Positions 1 to 10,068 of a stretch of 34,254 bases of DNA are shown here, one piece after another; positions within the stretch are counted from its first letter, which is position 1; each line of letters begins with the position of its first letter. Origin of the DNA: Thermoflexales bacterium (lineage in GTDB: Bacteria > Chloroflexota > Anaerolineae > Fen-1058); assembly GCA_041738395.1 (NCBI GenBank), contig JBGSPW010000064.1, forward strand, positions 64,001-98,254, in the 5' to 3' direction. The position numbers were made by a program, and so were the translations under genes. The notes under the pieces were generated by a model. The model saw nothing but the letters and a program-made list of their open reading frames with translations, was not told the origin of the DNA and did no database searches.

Positions 1-110
1 ACATTGGCGGGCAGCCGCATGTACACCAGCCTCGCCGACACCGATGACGTGATCGACGAAGCGCTCAATCGGTTTGAGGTCGTTCTAGCGAGCGTAGAAG
101 GTGTCAACTA
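1..110 (+). CDS. 3' end of an upstream CDS, truncated by the window edge; product unknown
   Basis: Frame 1 reads ...MYTSLADTDDVIDEALNRFEVVLASVEGVN and ends at TAA 108-110. High-GC codon usage is consistent with the neighbours. No family assignment is possible. Confidence 0.3.
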
Positions 111-123
111 AAGGAAACAGCGC

Positions 124-1704
124 ATGAACGATCAAGCTGGCGATGTGATCCTATCCGTCGATCTCGGCACGTCCGGCATGAAGGTCGCGTTGATTACGGC
201 GCACGGCCAGGTGCTGGGCTGGGAATCACAACCGATCGCGCTGTACCTCACACCCGATGGCGGCGCAGAGCAATCGCCGGACGAATGGTGGCAGGCGTTT
301 TTGTCGGCCTCAAAACGTTTGCTGGCGCGTAACCTCGTGCCGCGTGAGGCGATTAAGGCGGTGTGCTGTTCCACACAGGGCGAGGGTACGGTGCCGGTCG
401 ATCGCGTTGGCAACGCGTTGATGAACTGCATCCTGTGGATGGACATGCGTGGCGCGCCGTATCTGCACAAACAAGCACACGGCGCGATTAATGTTGCTGG
501 CGCGGATGTCTTCAAATTGCTGCGCTGGATTCGGTTGACGGGCGGCATGCCGTCGCTGACGGGCAAAGACCCGGCGGGGCATATGCTGCTGGTGCGTGAG
601 AAGTTCCCCGAAGTGTACGAGCACACGTATAAGTTCCTCAACGTGCTTGACTATCTGAACCTGCGTCTGACGGGCCGCTTCGCCGCGACGTTCGATTCGA
701 TCCTCACGTCGTGGGTGACGGACAATCAGAACCCCAACGATATTCGCTACCACGGCGCGCTGATCAAGACCAGCGGCATCGATGCGGATAAGTTTCCTGA
801 AATCGTCTCGTGCACCACCGTGCTTGGATCGCTCCGACGCAACGTAGCCGACGAACTGGGCTTATCCGATCGGATGCAGGTGGTCGCCGGGGCCATCGAC
901 AACACCGCCGCGGCAATCGGATCGGGGGCGGTCGAAGATTTTGCGTCGCATCTCTACATCGGCACCTCGTCATGGATCGCCGCGCACGTGCCCTTCAAGA
1001 AAACCGATATTGGATCGTCACTGGCCTCCGTGCCGTGCGCCCTGCCCGATCGCTATTTGCTGACGGCGCTGCAGGCCACGGCGGGAGGCAATTTGAACTT
1101 TCTACGCGACAATGTGTTGTATCACAAGGATGAACTGCTGCAAGAAGCGCACGTGCCGGACGTGTTCAAGATCATGGATCAGATCGCGGCACGCATTCCG
1201 GCAGGAAGCAACGGGGTGATCTACACGCCGTGGATCTGGGGCGAGCGCGCGCCGGTTGACGATCGCCATTTGCGCGCGGGGTTGTATAACATCTCGCTGA
1301 ACAACAATCGTGAAGACATCATCCGCGCCTTTCTGGAGGGCGTGGCGCTCAACACGCGCTGGCTGCTGCAGCCGGTCGAGAAGTTCATGGGCCGTCGAGT
1401 GAAACAGATCAATCTGGCGGGCGGCGGCGGCAGTTCCGATGTGTGGTGCCAGATCTTTGCGGATGTGCTCAACGTCGAAGTGCGGCAGGTGCAGGATCCG
1501 ATTCAAGCGAATGCGCGCGGCGCGGCCTTCATCGCCGGGGTCGGGCTGGGATCGATCGGGTTTGGAGATGTGCCGCAGTTAGTAACCTTCAAACGCACTT
1601 ATCAACCAACGCCGCAACATCGCGCCGTGTACGATGATCGGTATGCAGTGTTCGTGGAGATTTACCGGCAGATGAAGGGCGTGTATCGCAGGTTGAACCA
1701 GTAG
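124..1704 (+). CDS. FGGY-family carbohydrate kinase (xylulokinase / glycerol kinase-like)
   Basis: 526-aa ORF. N-terminal DLGTSGMKVAL motif is typical of FGGY kinases (DxGT..K). C-terminal GGG and ARGAAF.AG motifs match the FGGY C-domain. Substrate is not assignable. Confidence 0.85.
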   Translation: MNDQAGDVILSVDLGTSGMKVALITAHGQVLGWESQPIALYLTPDGGAEQSPDEWWQAFLSASKRLLARNLVPREAIKAVCCSTQGEGTVPVDRVGNALMNCILWMDMRGAPYLHKQAHGAINVAGADVFKLLRWIRLTGGMPSLTGKDPAGHMLLVREKFPEVYEHTYKFLNVLDYLNLRLTGRFAATFDSILTSWVTDNQNPNDIRYHGALIKTSGIDADKFPEIVSCTTVLGSLRRNVADELGLSDRMQVVAGAIDNTAAAIGSGAVEDFASHLYIGTSSWIAAHVPFKKTDIGSSLASVPCALPDRYLLTALQATAGGNLNFLRDNVLYHKDELLQEAHVPDVFKIMDQIAARIPAGSNGVIYTPWIWGERAPVDDRHLRAGLYNISLNNNREDIIRAFLEGVALNTRWLLQPVEKFMGRRVKQINLAGGGGSSDVWCQIFADVLNVEVRQVQDPIQANARGAAFIAGVGLGSIGFGDVPQLVTFKRTYQPTPQHRAVYDDRYAVFVEIYRQMKGVYRRLNQ

Positions 1705-1748
1705 CTCTCCCAAGAAGCGCTGCGTCAGGCGTCGAGGTAAAATGAAGC

Positions 1749-2069
1749 ATGACCCCATTCATTCTCGAAACATCTCGCTTGATTATTCGCGCCTTCCAAC
1801 CTGCTGATCTTCACGCGATCCATCGCATCCTCGATCTGACCTTTGGCAATGGATCGAAGATCGCCGCTGAGCACGCGCTGAACGAACGGCGTGAATGGCT
1901 GGACTGGTCGCGCCTCATCGCCACCACTGAGTACGACAACGCCGCTTCGATGGGTGTGATGCGCAAACTCGGCATGACGATTGCAAAGAATCCCCTCCCT
2001 GATCCGCCGTGGCTGCAAGTGGTGGGGATACTTGATCAGCCTGCCAGCAAGGAGTCTGCACGTGGCTAA
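1749..2069 (+). CDS. GNAT-family N-acetyltransferase-like protein, internally truncated (possible remnant)
   Basis: 106 aa. N-terminus ETSRLIIRAFQPADLHAIHRIL resembles the RimJ/RimL-type GNAT beta1-alpha1 region. C-terminus NAASMGVMRKLGM resembles the GNAT C-terminal strand-helix. The central acetyl-CoA binding motif A region (about 70 aa) is absent. Confidence 0.45.
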   Translation: MTPFILETSRLIIRAFQPADLHAIHRILDLTFGNGSKIAAEHALNERREWLDWSRLIATTEYDNAASMGVMRKLGMTIAKNPLPDPPWLQVVGILDQPASKESARG

Positions 2070-2439
2070 ACCATCCAGAAAAATATCACCGCCGGACGAG
2101 AGCGAAAAAATCGCTGCGCAGATTATCGAGATGATGATGACGTATGGTCAGGCGCAGTTCGGCGACGCAGTAAAATCTTACTGGGTCTATGCCGATGAGC
2201 TGTGCCCCGGCTGCCGGAAGCGCCCGATCGATGCGATGAAATACAAAGGCAAAGAGGGGCTGGCGATCAACAGTTTCATCTACCGCGAGCGCGGTGTGTT
2301 GATTGGGTATCTGCTGTGCGGCCAGTGCGCGAAAGGCATTTACGAAGCCACGCCCCGCTCCGACGATGAGCTGCACCAGAACATCGAGCGCAACTTGATT
2401 GCGGCCTACCATCGCTATCTGGCCGCTCTGAATGCGTAA
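2062..2439 (+). CDS. Hypothetical Cys-rich (CxxC...CxxC) small protein
   Basis: The ORF track gives 1981..2439. The upstream part overlaps the GNAT-like ORF, so an in-frame GTG at 2062 (overlapping the GNAT stop by 8 nt) or a downstream ATG (MMMTYGQ) is the more likely start. CPGC and CGQC motifs suggest a zinc ribbon. No family recognised. Confidence 0.4.
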   Translation: MAKPSRKISPPDESEKIAAQIIEMMMTYGQAQFGDAVKSYWVYADELCPGCRKRPIDAMKYKGKEGLAINSFIYRERGVLIGYLLCGQCAKGIYEATPRSDDELHQNIERNLIAAYHRYLAALNA

Positions 2440-2478
2440 ACGGTCCTCGCCCATCAACGGTGGAGCGCAGTTTGTCTA

Positions 2479-2736
2479 ATGGCCAAATTCAAACTCGACT
2501 TGCACGACATCTACAATCGCGGCGGTGAGATCGACGCCGAACTCAATCGCATCGTGCAAGAAGCGCTGGCCAAGAAGATTGAGCTGGTCGAGATTATTCC
2601 CGGCAAAGGCAGCGGGCAGCTCAAGAAGAAAGTCCTGCGCTTCTTGAATCAGGGGCACATCCGTCCACTGTATCATCGCGTCGAAAAAGATGACAAGAAC
2701 TTCGGGCGTATCTTCATCCACTTCAAATTCAAGTGA
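2479..2736 (+). CDS. Smr (small MutS-related) domain protein
   Basis: 85 aa. LDLHDIY...VEIIPGKGSGQLKKKVLRFL matches the Smr domain consensus (LDLHG...IIHGKG.G.LR..V..WL). Confidence 0.7.
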   Translation: MAKFKLDLHDIYNRGGEIDAELNRIVQEALAKKIELVEIIPGKGSGQLKKKVLRFLNQGHIRPLYHRVEKDDKNFGRIFIHFKFK

Positions 2737-2830
2737 TGAAAATCGGCACAAAACAGATCGAGCGGACGTGAGTGATCACGCCCGCTCGTTGTCTTTCAAC
2801 GCTCTTAAACCGCGTCCTCGCGGTTTGTTT

Positions 2831-4240
<1,410 letters not shown>

Positions 4241-4260
4241 GAGTTATCCTCCGGGATGAA

Positions 4261-4761
4261 TTACGGTTTGCCCACGCTGATCTCATCGTGGCCGATGGTC
4301 GCGTGGCAGCGCGTGCAATCTTCCAGTTCGGTCTGCCCGGCATGATTGATCTGCGCCACAAAATCGCTGTGGCAATACTGGCAGTTGTTCAGCGCCACCG
4401 TCTTGTTGAACGGCGTAATCTGGATCGGTTCGTGAAAGTTCTGCAGCGTGAACGCGGCGCTGTGATTGAAGCCGTTGAGCGCTTTGACGATATACTTATC
4501 CGGGAACGTGTGCGGAATGTGGCAGTCATTGCACGTGGCCACCGCGTGATGCGGACCGCGCGACCACGCATCGAACACATCGTTCATGATGTGGCAGTTG
4601 CGGCAGGCATTTGGATCGTCCGAGAGATACGATGTGCCTTCAGCGTAGGCAAAGGTAAACATGCCCAGACCGACTACGCCGCCGAACAACAGGGCCAGCA
4701 AGGTCCACACCTTCAATGGCACGGCCCGCTGCGGCCCGGCACTAGCCGGTGTCTGACTCAT
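4261..4761 (-). CDS. nrfH: Membrane-anchored tetraheme cytochrome c NrfH (NapC/NirT family), quinol-oxidising partner of NrfA
   Basis: 166 aa. N-terminal TM helix plus four CxxCH motifs (CRNCH, CNDCH, CQYCH, CTRCH). Located immediately upstream of nrfA on the same strand with a 20-nt gap. Confidence 0.9.
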   Translation of the reverse strand: MSQTPASAGPQRAVPLKVWTLLALLFGGVVGLGMFTFAYAEGTSYLSDDPNACRNCHIMNDVFDAWSRGPHHAVATCNDCHIPHTFPDKYIVKALNGFNHSAAFTLQNFHEPIQITPFNKTVALNNCQYCHSDFVAQINHAGQTELEDCTRCHATIGHDEISVGKP

Positions 4762-4770
4762 GAATCCTCC

Positions 4771-5619
4771 TTAGAACGCGACGATGATGATGGCCGCAAA
4801 CAACACCGCGTGAACGATCTCGATCACGCCCAACTTCGGCAAGCTCAGCGATTGCTTATCCTGCCAGCGTGTCGCGCCGATCAACACCTTCAACGTCATA
4901 GGCACGAACGCCAGCATCACCAGCGCCGGCACGGTTCCCGCCGTCAGCGCCACCAGCACAATCAAGATCGTCAGCACGATGCTTTGATACGACAGGCAGG
5001 CTTTGGCTTTCACCAGGCGCTCGCTCACCCGATCGGGCGCAGGCAGGCGCGGCTGCTCACGCACCTTTAATTTGATGTAGAACACGGTGCCGCCAAAGTA
5101 CAGCGCATTGACGATCCACAAGGCCAGCGCCGTCCCATCGAGCTGGCCGCTGGCCGTGTAATAAGCCAATGGTGCACCCAGCGCCAACCCGAAGATACCC
5201 GCCAGCTCGCCGGTGGCCGACATCTCTTTGCGTCGATCGACCAGCCACCAGTGATAGACGAGCAAGGCCGCGCCGATCGCGCCAAACCCGATCAGCGCGT
5301 ACAGCCGATCGAGAACCACCAACCAACCGCCAGAGATCGCCGCGATCGATCCGTAGACGATCGCCCAGCGGATCAGCCACGCCCGATCGGCCTGGGGCCA
5401 CTTCCGCGTTTTGATCACCGTGTCGATGGGAAAGCGCAGCATAAAGAGCCCCAACGCGGCAAGGATCAACCACACCGATCGCCACTGCCACATTCCCGCC
5501 ACGGCCAAACCGATGATCAACGGCACCACGAACATGGCCCAGGAGCCATGCTCTTTGGGCAGCGGGATACTTCGTGCCGATCGAGAGGATTGGTTGTCGC
5601 GCATCTGCAACTCACTCAA
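4771..5619 (-). CDS. YwiC-like integral membrane protein (about 8 TM helices)
   Basis: 282 aa. The N-terminal KEHGSWAMFVVPLIIG segment resembles the YwiC-like family N-terminus. Multiple hydrophobic helices. The start (TTG at 5619 or ATG at 5604) overlaps or abuts the stop of the upstream Zn-ribbon ORF, and the gene sits 9 nt upstream of nrfH. Confidence 0.55.
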   Translation of the reverse strand: MSELQMRDNQSSRSARSIPLPKEHGSWAMFVVPLIIGLAVAGMWQWRSVWLILAALGLFMLRFPIDTVIKTRKWPQADRAWLIRWAIVYGSIAAISGGWLVVLDRLYALIGFGAIGAALLVYHWWLVDRRKEMSATGELAGIFGLALGAPLAYYTASGQLDGTALALWIVNALYFGGTVFYIKLKVREQPRLPAPDRVSERLVKAKACLSYQSIVLTILIVLVALTAGTVPALVMLAFVPMTLKVLIGATRWQDKQSLSLPKLGVIEIVHAVLFAAIIIVAF

Positions 5620-5837
5620 CTGAATTTGATCGGGCCGTGGGAGTGTTTGATCTCACAGGTGGTGCGATCGCACTGGCCCACGCAGTCCAGCGGCAACGCG
5701 TGTTGAAACACCTGTCCGCAGGCATGACAACGCGCCGAAGTATCGTAACACCATACTTCGACTTCCGGCTCACCGCACTGGGGGCACGTCACGTAATCTG
5801 GAAAAGGATGCGGCGCATCATGACCTAACACAGGCAC
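5616..5837 (-). CDS. Small Cys-rich zinc-ribbon protein (73 aa)
   Basis: CPQCG...CHACG plus a second CVGQCDRTTC cluster. Its TGA stop overlaps the TTG start of the downstream YwiC-like gene (TTGA overlap), arguing for a real, co-translated gene. Confidence 0.5.
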   Translation of the reverse strand: MPVLGHDAPHPFPDYVTCPQCGEPEVEVWCYDTSARCHACGQVFQHALPLDCVGQCDRTTCEIKHSHGPIKFS

Positions 5838-5881
5838 GCTCCCGACATTAACCCAAGTTTAATCGATCTGCTATCGTTCAC

Positions 5882-5899
5882 GTATGATTTGGATCATAC
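5882..5899. promoter_or_regulatory. Palindrome GTATGAT-ttgg-ATCATAC; CRP/FNR-family-like site upstream of the nrf operon
   Basis: Perfect 7-bp inverted arms with a 4-nt spacer. The core ATGAT-N4-ATCAT is 4/5 per half-site to the FNR/DNR consensus TTGAT-N4-ATCAA. Centred about 55 nt upstream of the Zn-ribbon gene start (5837, minus strand). Confidence 0.4.
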
Positions 5900-5937
5900 A
5901 GCACACAGCAAAGCAGGCGGCCATCAGGCCGCCTGCT
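5895..5937 (-). terminator. Hairpin (11-bp stem agcaggcggcc / ggccgcctgct, loop atca) after the DUF4342 gene; possible terminator or attenuator
   Basis: On the minus strand it is followed by tttgctgtgtgctg (moderately U-rich). Sits between DUF4342 and the Zn-ribbon-ywiC-nrfHA unit. Confidence 0.35.
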
Positions 5938-5971
5938 GACAGAAAACTCAGGGTCACAGGGAGACGCGCTG

Positions 5972-6277
5972 CTATTCGGTGCGCTCAATCACGATGGTCA
6001 TCTTAGCCACCAGGGCCGCGGCAGCGCCGATGGCCGCCCACACCGGCAGCAGAACCACACCGACCACGCCAATGGTGATCGGTATTTCCAGTAACGTCTT
6101 ACCAGATTCATCTTTCAACACAATGCGGCGGATGTTGCCTTCATGCAGCAATTTCTTGACGACATCCAACACTTGCCCGCCCGTGACACTGAACTCTTCA
6201 GTGTGCGGCTTGTGATCTTGCGGCGGAGTGTCGGTCTGCGGTGCTTCGCTTTGAGGTGGGGTTTGTTCGTCGGTCAT
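5972..6277 (-). CDS. Small protein resembling the DUF4342 family
   Basis: 101 aa. The Pro/Thr/Gln-rich N-terminus is followed by VLDVVKKLLHEGNIRRIVLKDESGKTLLEIPITIGVVGVVLLPVWAAIGAAAALVAKMTIVIER, which matches my recollection of the DUF4342 core. A hairpin at 5912-5937 follows it. Confidence 0.5.
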   Translation of the reverse strand: MTDEQTPPQSEAPQTDTPPQDHKPHTEEFSVTGGQVLDVVKKLLHEGNIRRIVLKDESGKTLLEIPITIGVVGVVLLPVWAAIGAAAALVAKMTIVIERTE

Positions 6278-6398
6278 GATCTGCTCCTTTCAGGTGGAAT
6301 GAATATAGTATAACGTGAAAGAAAGCGCAGGGCAACTGCCCCAACGTATGATAGAATGGGAATCACTTGAACGCGGCCAGCGTCCTAGCTTCAGCCAC

Positions 6399-6458
6399 AG
6401 AAACCGGGTTTCTGCGTGTAGTCTGGCATTACGCCAGAAATTGAGAAACCCGGTTTCT
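6399..6458. repeat. 60-nt twin-palindrome element, copy 1: AGAAACCGGGTTTCT - 30 nt - AGAAACCCGGTTTCT
   Basis: The two 15-mers are exact reverse complements of each other, and each is itself a near-palindrome (GAAAC-N3-GTTTC). The spacer contains an inner hairpin tctggc-attac-gccaga. Lies in the divergent intergenic region between the DUF4342 gene and the 801-aa gene. Confidence 0.6.
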
Positions 6459-6598
6459 ATGAGTTCAGCACCTTATCTTCAACGCAGCTCCCCAACTAGA
6501 GCCGCACTCAAGTGCTTGAACTGGCTGACCGGCACGCCGTATCATAGCATGACAGTTCGTGATCCTGGTGATTATTCACATCGTTTGTTTTGCTCTCA

Positions 6599-6638
6599 GT
6601 CCGCGTCCACGCGGACGCCCGCGAAGACGCGGGCTGGG
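6599..6638. repeat. GC-rich REP-like palindromic element family B, copy 1 (gtccgcgtccacgcggac + cccgcgaagacgcggg + ctggg)
   Basis: Two adjacent perfect hairpins, 48 nt upstream of the 801-aa gene start. Confidence 0.45.
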
Positions 6639-6685
6639 AACACTTGTAATTAAATCGCAGGCGATCCATTCGGGAGTGCGTCTGG

Positions 6686-9091
6686 ATGAAAATTCGACTC
6701 GGTGCGATTCTGCTTATGCTGGCCCTGCTGCTCACCTCCACGGTGGCCGCGGCGCAAACGCCCGTCACGTTAGTGGTCGAGGCCGGCCTGGACGGTCACT
6801 ATCAAGTCGGGCAGTGGCTGCCGGTGCGCGTCCTGATCGAAAACAACGGGCCTGGCCTCGACGGTCGGGTGGAGATCACTTTGCCCCGTGCCGATGAAGG
6901 GCAAGTCGTCAATGCTTATCCCGTCAGCCTACCCACCCAGTCGCGCAAAGAAATCACGCTCTATCTCTATCCCGAAACGTACATCGCCAGCCTCGACGTC
7001 ACCTTGCTCGATACCAGCGGGCAGCTGATCACGAAGCGCAGTGTGCCGCTCAAGTCGGTGAGTGATAACGATCGGCTGTTTGGCATCATCGCCGATCGGC
7101 CTTCGGCCTACAACGTCTTGAGCGAACTCGATCCGCCCAACGGCGTAGCGAACGTGGCGCAGCTCACGCTGCACGACCTGCCCGATCGATCCGTGGCCCT
7201 CGACAGCCTGGACACGCTCATCATCTCCAATGTGGACACCGGTGATCTGGCCGACGTGCAGCGCACGGCCCTATCGGCCTGGATCGCCAACGGCGGACGC
7301 TTGATCGTTACCGGCGGATCGGGCTGGCAGAAAACCAGCGCCGGACTGCGCGATCTACTGCCCCTGTCGCCTGCCAGCGCGATCCTGCTAGACGATCTAA
7401 GCGCGCTGAAAACTTACGCCGGCAGTACCGCCAGTCCGGGCAGTGCCATTATTGCCACTGGCGCCTCGACCCCGGACGCGCAAGTCATCCTCAAACAAGC
7501 CGAGACACCCTTGCTGATCCGGCGGCAACATGGTGTAGGTGAAGTCGTGTTTGTCAGCTTCGATCCGGTGGACTTGCAGCAAGTCGTCGTTGCCAGTTCT
7601 GCTCCGGGGGATTCACAGTCCTGGAATGGTTTCCTGGAAATCTATCGACAGCTCACGCAATCCCTACCCGATAAACCTAGCTGGGGCTATGGCGTGCAAG
7701 ATTGGTACACGGCCACGAGCGCCGCCTCAAATATTCCCAATTTGAACTTGCCGCCAGTCTCGTTGATTTGCGGTTTCCTGGGGTTGTACATGGTCGCCAT
7801 CGGGCCGGTCAACTACCTCATCGTGCGCAAACTGAAACGCCGTGAGCTGGCCTGGATCAGTGTGCCGCTGTTGACGATTGGTTTTACGGTGGCGGCTTTT
7901 CTGGCGGGCAATCTACTGCGCGGCAATCAACCGGTGCTCAATCGCTTGGCCCTGGTACAAGTCTGGCCTTCGGCCGATCAAGCTCGCTTGACGGGCATCG
8001 TCGGCTTGTATGCGCCGCAGCGCGCCATGTATGAGGTGAAAGCCGATCAGGGTTTACTCCTTCATCCAGCGTCTGATCCCAACCCCTACCGATCGACCGG
8101 TGACACTTCCGATTGGACCCTGAGCAGCGACGCCGCTACGTTGCGCGCCCGCGTCGAGATGGACGTCTCTGAAGTAAAAACGATGAGCGCCGAAGGCGAA
8201 GTGCCTGCACCGCAGTTTACACCTGCGCTACAGCTGGTGGTGGATAGTGCCGGAGCCAGAGTGAGCGGCTCGGTCACTAATCACAGCGACCTGGTTCTGC
8301 AAGATACCGTGCTGCTGGGGCCGGGCCTGGCCCACCAGGTGGGCACGGTCGAGCCAGGGGAAAGTGTGCCGGTTGATTTCAAACTGGAACGAGCCGCCCG
8401 CTCCAGCCAGACGACCGAGAACGTCCAGTATTACTACAATAGCGGTGATACGACCCTGGACGACATCGTCGGACCATACAACTTTAATAGCAGTGACACA
8501 GCCCGCAACCGCCGTTACGAAATGCTAAGCTCGTTGCTATCTGGCAACAACACGCCCATTCGCCGAGGTCGCGGCAGCGGCCTGTATTTAGCGGGCTGGA
8601 GCGATCGATCACCATTGAAAGTCGAAGTCGAAGGCACGCCGTTTGGTGCTTTTGATACCGCCCTGTACATCGTCGATTTGAATCCGACGCTCCAGATCAT
8701 GTCCGGCACACTGACGTTGCCACCGGGCGCCTTCACGTGGCAGGCCGACAATACCAACGGTCCCGGCATTGAACCGTATAACAGCGAGGTCTTTCCGGGC
8801 AGCTACAACCTTCAGTTCAACCTGGCGCGGCCGATTAGCTACACGACGATCAAGGACTTAACCTTGCACCTGGATACAGGCAACCGTCATTCCAGCGGCC
8901 TCACCTTCGCCGTGTGGAACTATCGGGCCAACAACTGGACGCCCTTGCCGAACGCCCAGGATGGAGATAATGCCATTCCGAATCCGCAAGAGCACGTCGG
9001 CCCCGGCGGTGAAATCCGCTTGAAGATCGATGTATCATCCGGCGGCCCGGTGCAACTCGATCGCGCCGACTTCACCCTGACGGTTCAATAA
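6686..9091 (+). CDS. Large secreted/membrane protein (801 aa); candidate accessory component of the downstream ABC transporter (GldG/DUF4350-like, tentative)
   Basis: Cleavable-type signal peptide MKIRLGAILLMLALLLTSTVAAAQTP. Two internal TM helices near aa 355-410. Large extracytoplasmic N- and C-terminal regions. The GGRLIVTGGSG segment is reminiscent of class-I glutamine-amidotransferase-like folds. Followed by the ABC ATPase after a 15-nt gap. Confidence 0.7.
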   Translation: MKIRLGAILLMLALLLTSTVAAAQTPVTLVVEAGLDGHYQVGQWLPVRVLIENNGPGLDGRVEITLPRADEGQVVNAYPVSLPTQSRKEITLYLYPETYIASLDVTLLDTSGQLITKRSVPLKSVSDNDRLFGIIADRPSAYNVLSELDPPNGVANVAQLTLHDLPDRSVALDSLDTLIISNVDTGDLADVQRTALSAWIANGGRLIVTGGSGWQKTSAGLRDLLPLSPASAILLDDLSALKTYAGSTASPGSAIIATGASTPDAQVILKQAETPLLIRRQHGVGEVVFVSFDPVDLQQVVVASSAPGDSQSWNGFLEIYRQLTQSLPDKPSWGYGVQDWYTATSAASNIPNLNLPPVSLICGFLGLYMVAIGPVNYLIVRKLKRRELAWISVPLLTIGFTVAAFLAGNLLRGNQPVLNRLALVQVWPSADQARLTGIVGLYAPQRAMYEVKADQGLLLHPASDPNPYRSTGDTSDWTLSSDAATLRARVEMDVSEVKTMSAEGEVPAPQFTPALQLVVDSAGARVSGSVTNHSDLVLQDTVLLGPGLAHQVGTVEPGESVPVDFKLERAARSSQTTENVQYYYNSGDTTLDDIVGPYNFNSSDTARNRRYEMLSSLLSGNNTPIRRGRGSGLYLAGWSDRSPLKVEVEGTPFGAFDTALYIVDLNPTLQIMSGTLTLPPGAFTWQADNTNGPGIEPYNSEVFPGSYNLQFNLARPISYTTIKDLTLHLDTGNRHSSGLTFAVWNYRANNWTPLPNAQDGDNAIPNPQEHVGPGGEIRLKIDVSSGGPVQLDRADFTLTVQ

Positions 9092-9106
9092 CCGCGAGGC
9101 GTTTTC

Positions 9107-10063
9107 ATGTCGACCATTATCGAGATCAAAGACCTGACCAAGAAATACGGCAAACGCACCGCCGTCAATCATCTCAACCTCAACGTCAACGCGGGCGAAA
9201 TCTTCGGCTTTGTGGGACCTAACGGCGCGGGCAAGACCACGACCATGCGCATCTTAGCCACCTTGCTGCGGGCGAACAGCGGCGAAGCCGTCATCGCCGG
9301 GCACTCGGTGAAGAAGTCGCCGCGCGGGGTGCGTGGGGCGATCGGGTACATGCCGGACACCTTCGGCATCTATCACGATATGCGCGTGTGGGAGTATCTG
9401 GATTTCTTCGGCGCGTGCTACCAGCTGCGCGAGACCGAACGCAAGCGCCTGGTGAACGATCTGTTGGAGTTGGTCGACATGACGCCGCGCCGCGATGACA
9501 TGGTCGATAAACTGTCGCGCGGCTTGCAGCAGCGGCTGGGCCTGGCCCGCACGTTGATTCACGATCCCCAGGTACTTATCCTCGACGAGCCTGCGTCGGG
9601 ACTCGATCCGCGCGCGCGTGTGGAGATTCGTGAACTGCTGGTCGAGCTGGCGCGCATGGGCAAGACGGTGTTCTTCTCCACGCACATTCTGGCGGACGTG
9701 GCCGAGATTTGCACGCGGGTCGGCATCATCGAAGGCGGACAGATCGTGGCGCTGGGCACGCTCGACGAATTGCAGCGCGGCCTGGCGGCGCAGCGTGCGG
9801 TGCACATCGTGGTGCTCGATCAAGCCGCCGCCGCCCAGGAATTTCTCAGCGCCCTGCCCGGGGTCAGCGGCGTGGAAACACCGGCCGAGCAGACGCCACA
9901 GCAGCGCACGCGCCTGGAAGTGAAATTCACGGGCGATGACACGGCGTTGAGCGCCATGCTCACGGGCCTGGCCGCGCGCCACGTGCCTGTGGTGCATTTC
10001 AGCGAAGACAGCCAGAATCTGGAAGACATCTTCATGCAGCTGACCAAGTCGTCGTTGGAGTAG
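9107..10063 (+). CDS. ABC transporter ATP-binding protein
   Basis: Walker A GPNGAGKTT, ABC signature LSRGLQQRLGLA, Walker B LILDEPASGLD, H-loop STH. C-terminal regulatory domain of about 90 aa. Confidence 0.9.
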   Translation: MSTIIEIKDLTKKYGKRTAVNHLNLNVNAGEIFGFVGPNGAGKTTTMRILATLLRANSGEAVIAGHSVKKSPRGVRGAIGYMPDTFGIYHDMRVWEYLDFFGACYQLRETERKRLVNDLLELVDMTPRRDDMVDKLSRGLQQRLGLARTLIHDPQVLILDEPASGLDPRARVEIRELLVELARMGKTVFFSTHILADVAEICTRVGIIEGGQIVALGTLDELQRGLAAQRAVHIVVLDQAAAAQEFLSALPGVSGVETPAEQTPQQRTRLEVKFTGDDTALSAMLTGLAARHVPVVHFSEDSQNLEDIFMQLTKSSLE

Positions 10064-10068
10064 ATCGG

